A DNA stretch of 64,000 nt from Sphyrna mokarran. Taxonomy: Eukaryota. Of the stretch, positions 61,597 to 64,000 are shown piece after piece. The translations under genes and the position numbers were made by a program. How positions within the stretch are numbered: position 1 is the first letter of the stretch; every line of letters starts with the position of its first letter. The stretch is from positions 102,424,001 to 102,488,000 of the forward strand of contig JAGIQG010000009.1 in the NCBI GenBank assembly GCA_024679065.1, given 5' to 3'. The notes under the pieces were generated by a model. The model worked only from the letters and a program-made list of their open reading frames with translations. It was not told the origin of the DNA and did not search any database.

Positions 61597-61889
61597 CTCA
61601 TTAATGTAAAATACAAAATTTATTCCTTTAAAATGTGACAATGAAGCACCGACATTCAGCGACAGTAGTGAAGAAAGGGGCAATGGCTCAGTGGTATTAT
61701 CGCTAGAGTAGTAATCCAGGGAAATTTTCTGGAGACCAGGGTTTGAACCTCACCATGGCTGATGGTGAAATTTGAATGAATAAAAATGTGGAATTTAAAG
61801 TCTAATGATGACCATGAAATGATTGTTGTAAAAACCTATTTGGTGGGCAACACAGTGGTATAGATGTTTTCCTGGGCACCCGTTAGCCT

Positions 61890-63100
61890 CCTACACTCCA
61901 GGGAAAAAAAGTCCCAGTCTATCCTGCCTCTCCTTATAACTCAAACCATCAAGTTCTGGTAGCATCCTAGTAAATCCTTTCTGCAGGCTTTCTAATTTAA
62001 TTTCTATAATAAGGTGACCAGAACTGTTCAAAGTGTTCCAAGTGTGGCCTTATCAATGTCTTGTACAACTTTAACAAGATGTCCCGGCTCCTGTATTCAA
62101 TGTTCTAACCAATGCTGAATGCCTCCTTACCACGCTATCCACCTGTGACTCCACTTTCAAGACCTATGAACCTGTACCCCTAGATCTCTTTGTTCTATAA
62201 CTCTACCATTAACTGATTAAGTCTTGCCCTGATTCAATCTACCAAAATGCATCACCTAGCATTTATCTAAATTAAACTCCATTTGCCATTCATCGGCCCA
62301 CTGGCCCAATTGATCACCATCCCATTGCAGTCCTCTATAACCTTCCTCACTGTCCACTATGCCACCATTCTTAATGTCATCTGCAAACCTACTAACTGTG
62401 CCTTCTCAACTCTCATCAAATCATTTACATAAATGACAACTAACAGTGGACCCAGCATTCCTCAGTACTGATTCCTGAAACATACCACTGTCACAGGCCT
62501 CCAGTTTGATAAACACACCTCTACAACTATTCTTTGTTTTTTGTCATCAAGACAATTTTGTATTCAATTGGTTACTTTGCCCTGGATCCTATGAAATAAA
62601 CTTATGCAAGAATCTACCATGCAGTACCTTGTCAAAGACCTTGCTAAAGACCACATGGGCAACATCTGCTGCACCGCCCTCATCTACCTTCTTGGTTAGT
62701 CCTTGAAAAAACTCAATCAAATTTGTGAAATATGGTTTTCCACTCACAAAGCCATGCTGACTGTCCTTAATCAGTCCTGGCCTCTATAAGTGCCTGTAGA
62801 CTCTGTCTCTCAGAATATTTCAAACAACATTTCCACTACAGATGTTAGGCTCACCAGTCTGTAGTTCCCAGGCTTTTCCCTGCAACACTTCTTAAATAAA
62901 GGCATAATATTTGCTACCCTCCAATCTTCAGGCACCTCACCAATAGCTGTCAATGATCCAAATAACTCTGCTAGGGGATCTGCAATTTCCTTCCTATCCT
63001 CCCACAACATCCTTAGATACATTTCATTAGGTCCCAGGGATTTATCTACTTTGATACACTTTCAGACTTCCAGCACCTCCTTCTCTGTAATATGTACACA
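61890..63100 (-). mobile_element. CR1 RT region, degenerate
   Basis: EVPEDWRVANIMPLFKK...NYRLVSLTS; FADD antisense at ~62375. Confidence 0.85.
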
Positions 63101-63649
63101 AAGATGGTGAGTTTTTTTTCTCTCAGAAGGTTGTGCGACTTTGGAACTCTCTGCTTCAGAACACAGTGGAAGCAGGATCATTGAATATTTTTGAGATTAT
63201 GCTGGATAGATTGTTAGGCAAGGGATTTGAAGGTTATCAGGCATGAATTCTAAGCACTGAAAGTAAGCTTGTAGGTTCAGTAGGCAGTTTTTTTTAAATT
63301 GAAGTCTGGGACAAGGATGTCACAGACTGTCCACCATTTATTGCCCATCACTAGTTGTCCAAGGGCGGTTGAGAGTCAACCACATTGCTGTGGCTCTGGA
63401 ATCATATGTCAGCCAAACTAGGTAAGGACGGCAGATTTCTTTTCCTAAAGGGACATTAATGAACCAGATGGATTTTTCCAACAATCGACAATGGTTTCAT
63501 GGTCATCAGTAGATTCTTAATTCCAGATTTTTTTATATGTATTTCAAATTCCACTATCTGCTACGATGGGATTTGAACCCAGGTTCCCAGAACATTAGCT
63601 GAGTTTCAGTGTCAATACTCTAGTGATAATAGCACTGGGCCATAACCTC

Positions 63650-64000
63650 CCCAAAGGCAAATGGTATGTTGGCCATCACAGTGAGAGGATTTGAATATAG
63701 AGATAGGGATGTTTTGCTGCAATTGTACAGGTTGTTGGTGAGACCACATTTAGAATATTGTGTGCAGCTTTGGTCTCTTTATCTGAGGAAGCTGGAGCTA
63801 TAGCTGGAATACAGTGAAGATTTATCAGCTGATACTGGGATGGCAGGTCTGTCAGATGAGGAGACACTAAGTTGGTTAGGATTGTATTTACAGTAGATTC
63901 AAAAGAATACTCCCAAAGTTGGGGGAGTCCAGGATTAAGGTTCATCATTTGAGGATAAGGGGTAAACATTTTAGAACTGAGAAGAGGAAAAATTTCTTCA
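63650..64000 (+). mobile_element. CR1 fragment running off the window
   Basis: ttggtgagaccacatttagaatattgtgtgcag (LVRPHLEYCVQ). Confidence 0.8.

Overview
Repeat-dense vertebrate genomic DNA, very probably an elasmobranch (shark), judged from HE1/V-domain SINEs, Deu-domain SINEs and CR1/HER1-type, Rex-Babar, Tx1 and Penelope retroelements. The ORF track is mostly repeat-derived or noise. Reading splice sites by hand recovers a 10-exon minus-strand gene (61596 to 44603; leader exon not found, probably beyond the window). It encodes a CD2/SLAM/CEACAM-type IgV + IgC2 ectodomain, then five hydrophobic helices each on its own phase-1 exon, then a short Tyr-free tail on three small exons. This is a CD47-like Ig+5TM layout with two Ig domains and a candidate Ig-to-loop disulfide. 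This copy carries several lesions suggesting decay. A second minus-strand gene begins at the left edge (signal-peptide exon 595-649) with candidate 5'UTR exons and ETS/IRF-motif promoters. Four Penelope insertions carry minimal hammerhead ribozyme motifs; three have an inverted, twin-priming-like structure between target-site duplications. Two local inverted templated duplications occur, one bracketing a coding exon. Exon, TSD and ribozyme coordinates were counted by hand; repeat boundaries are approximate.
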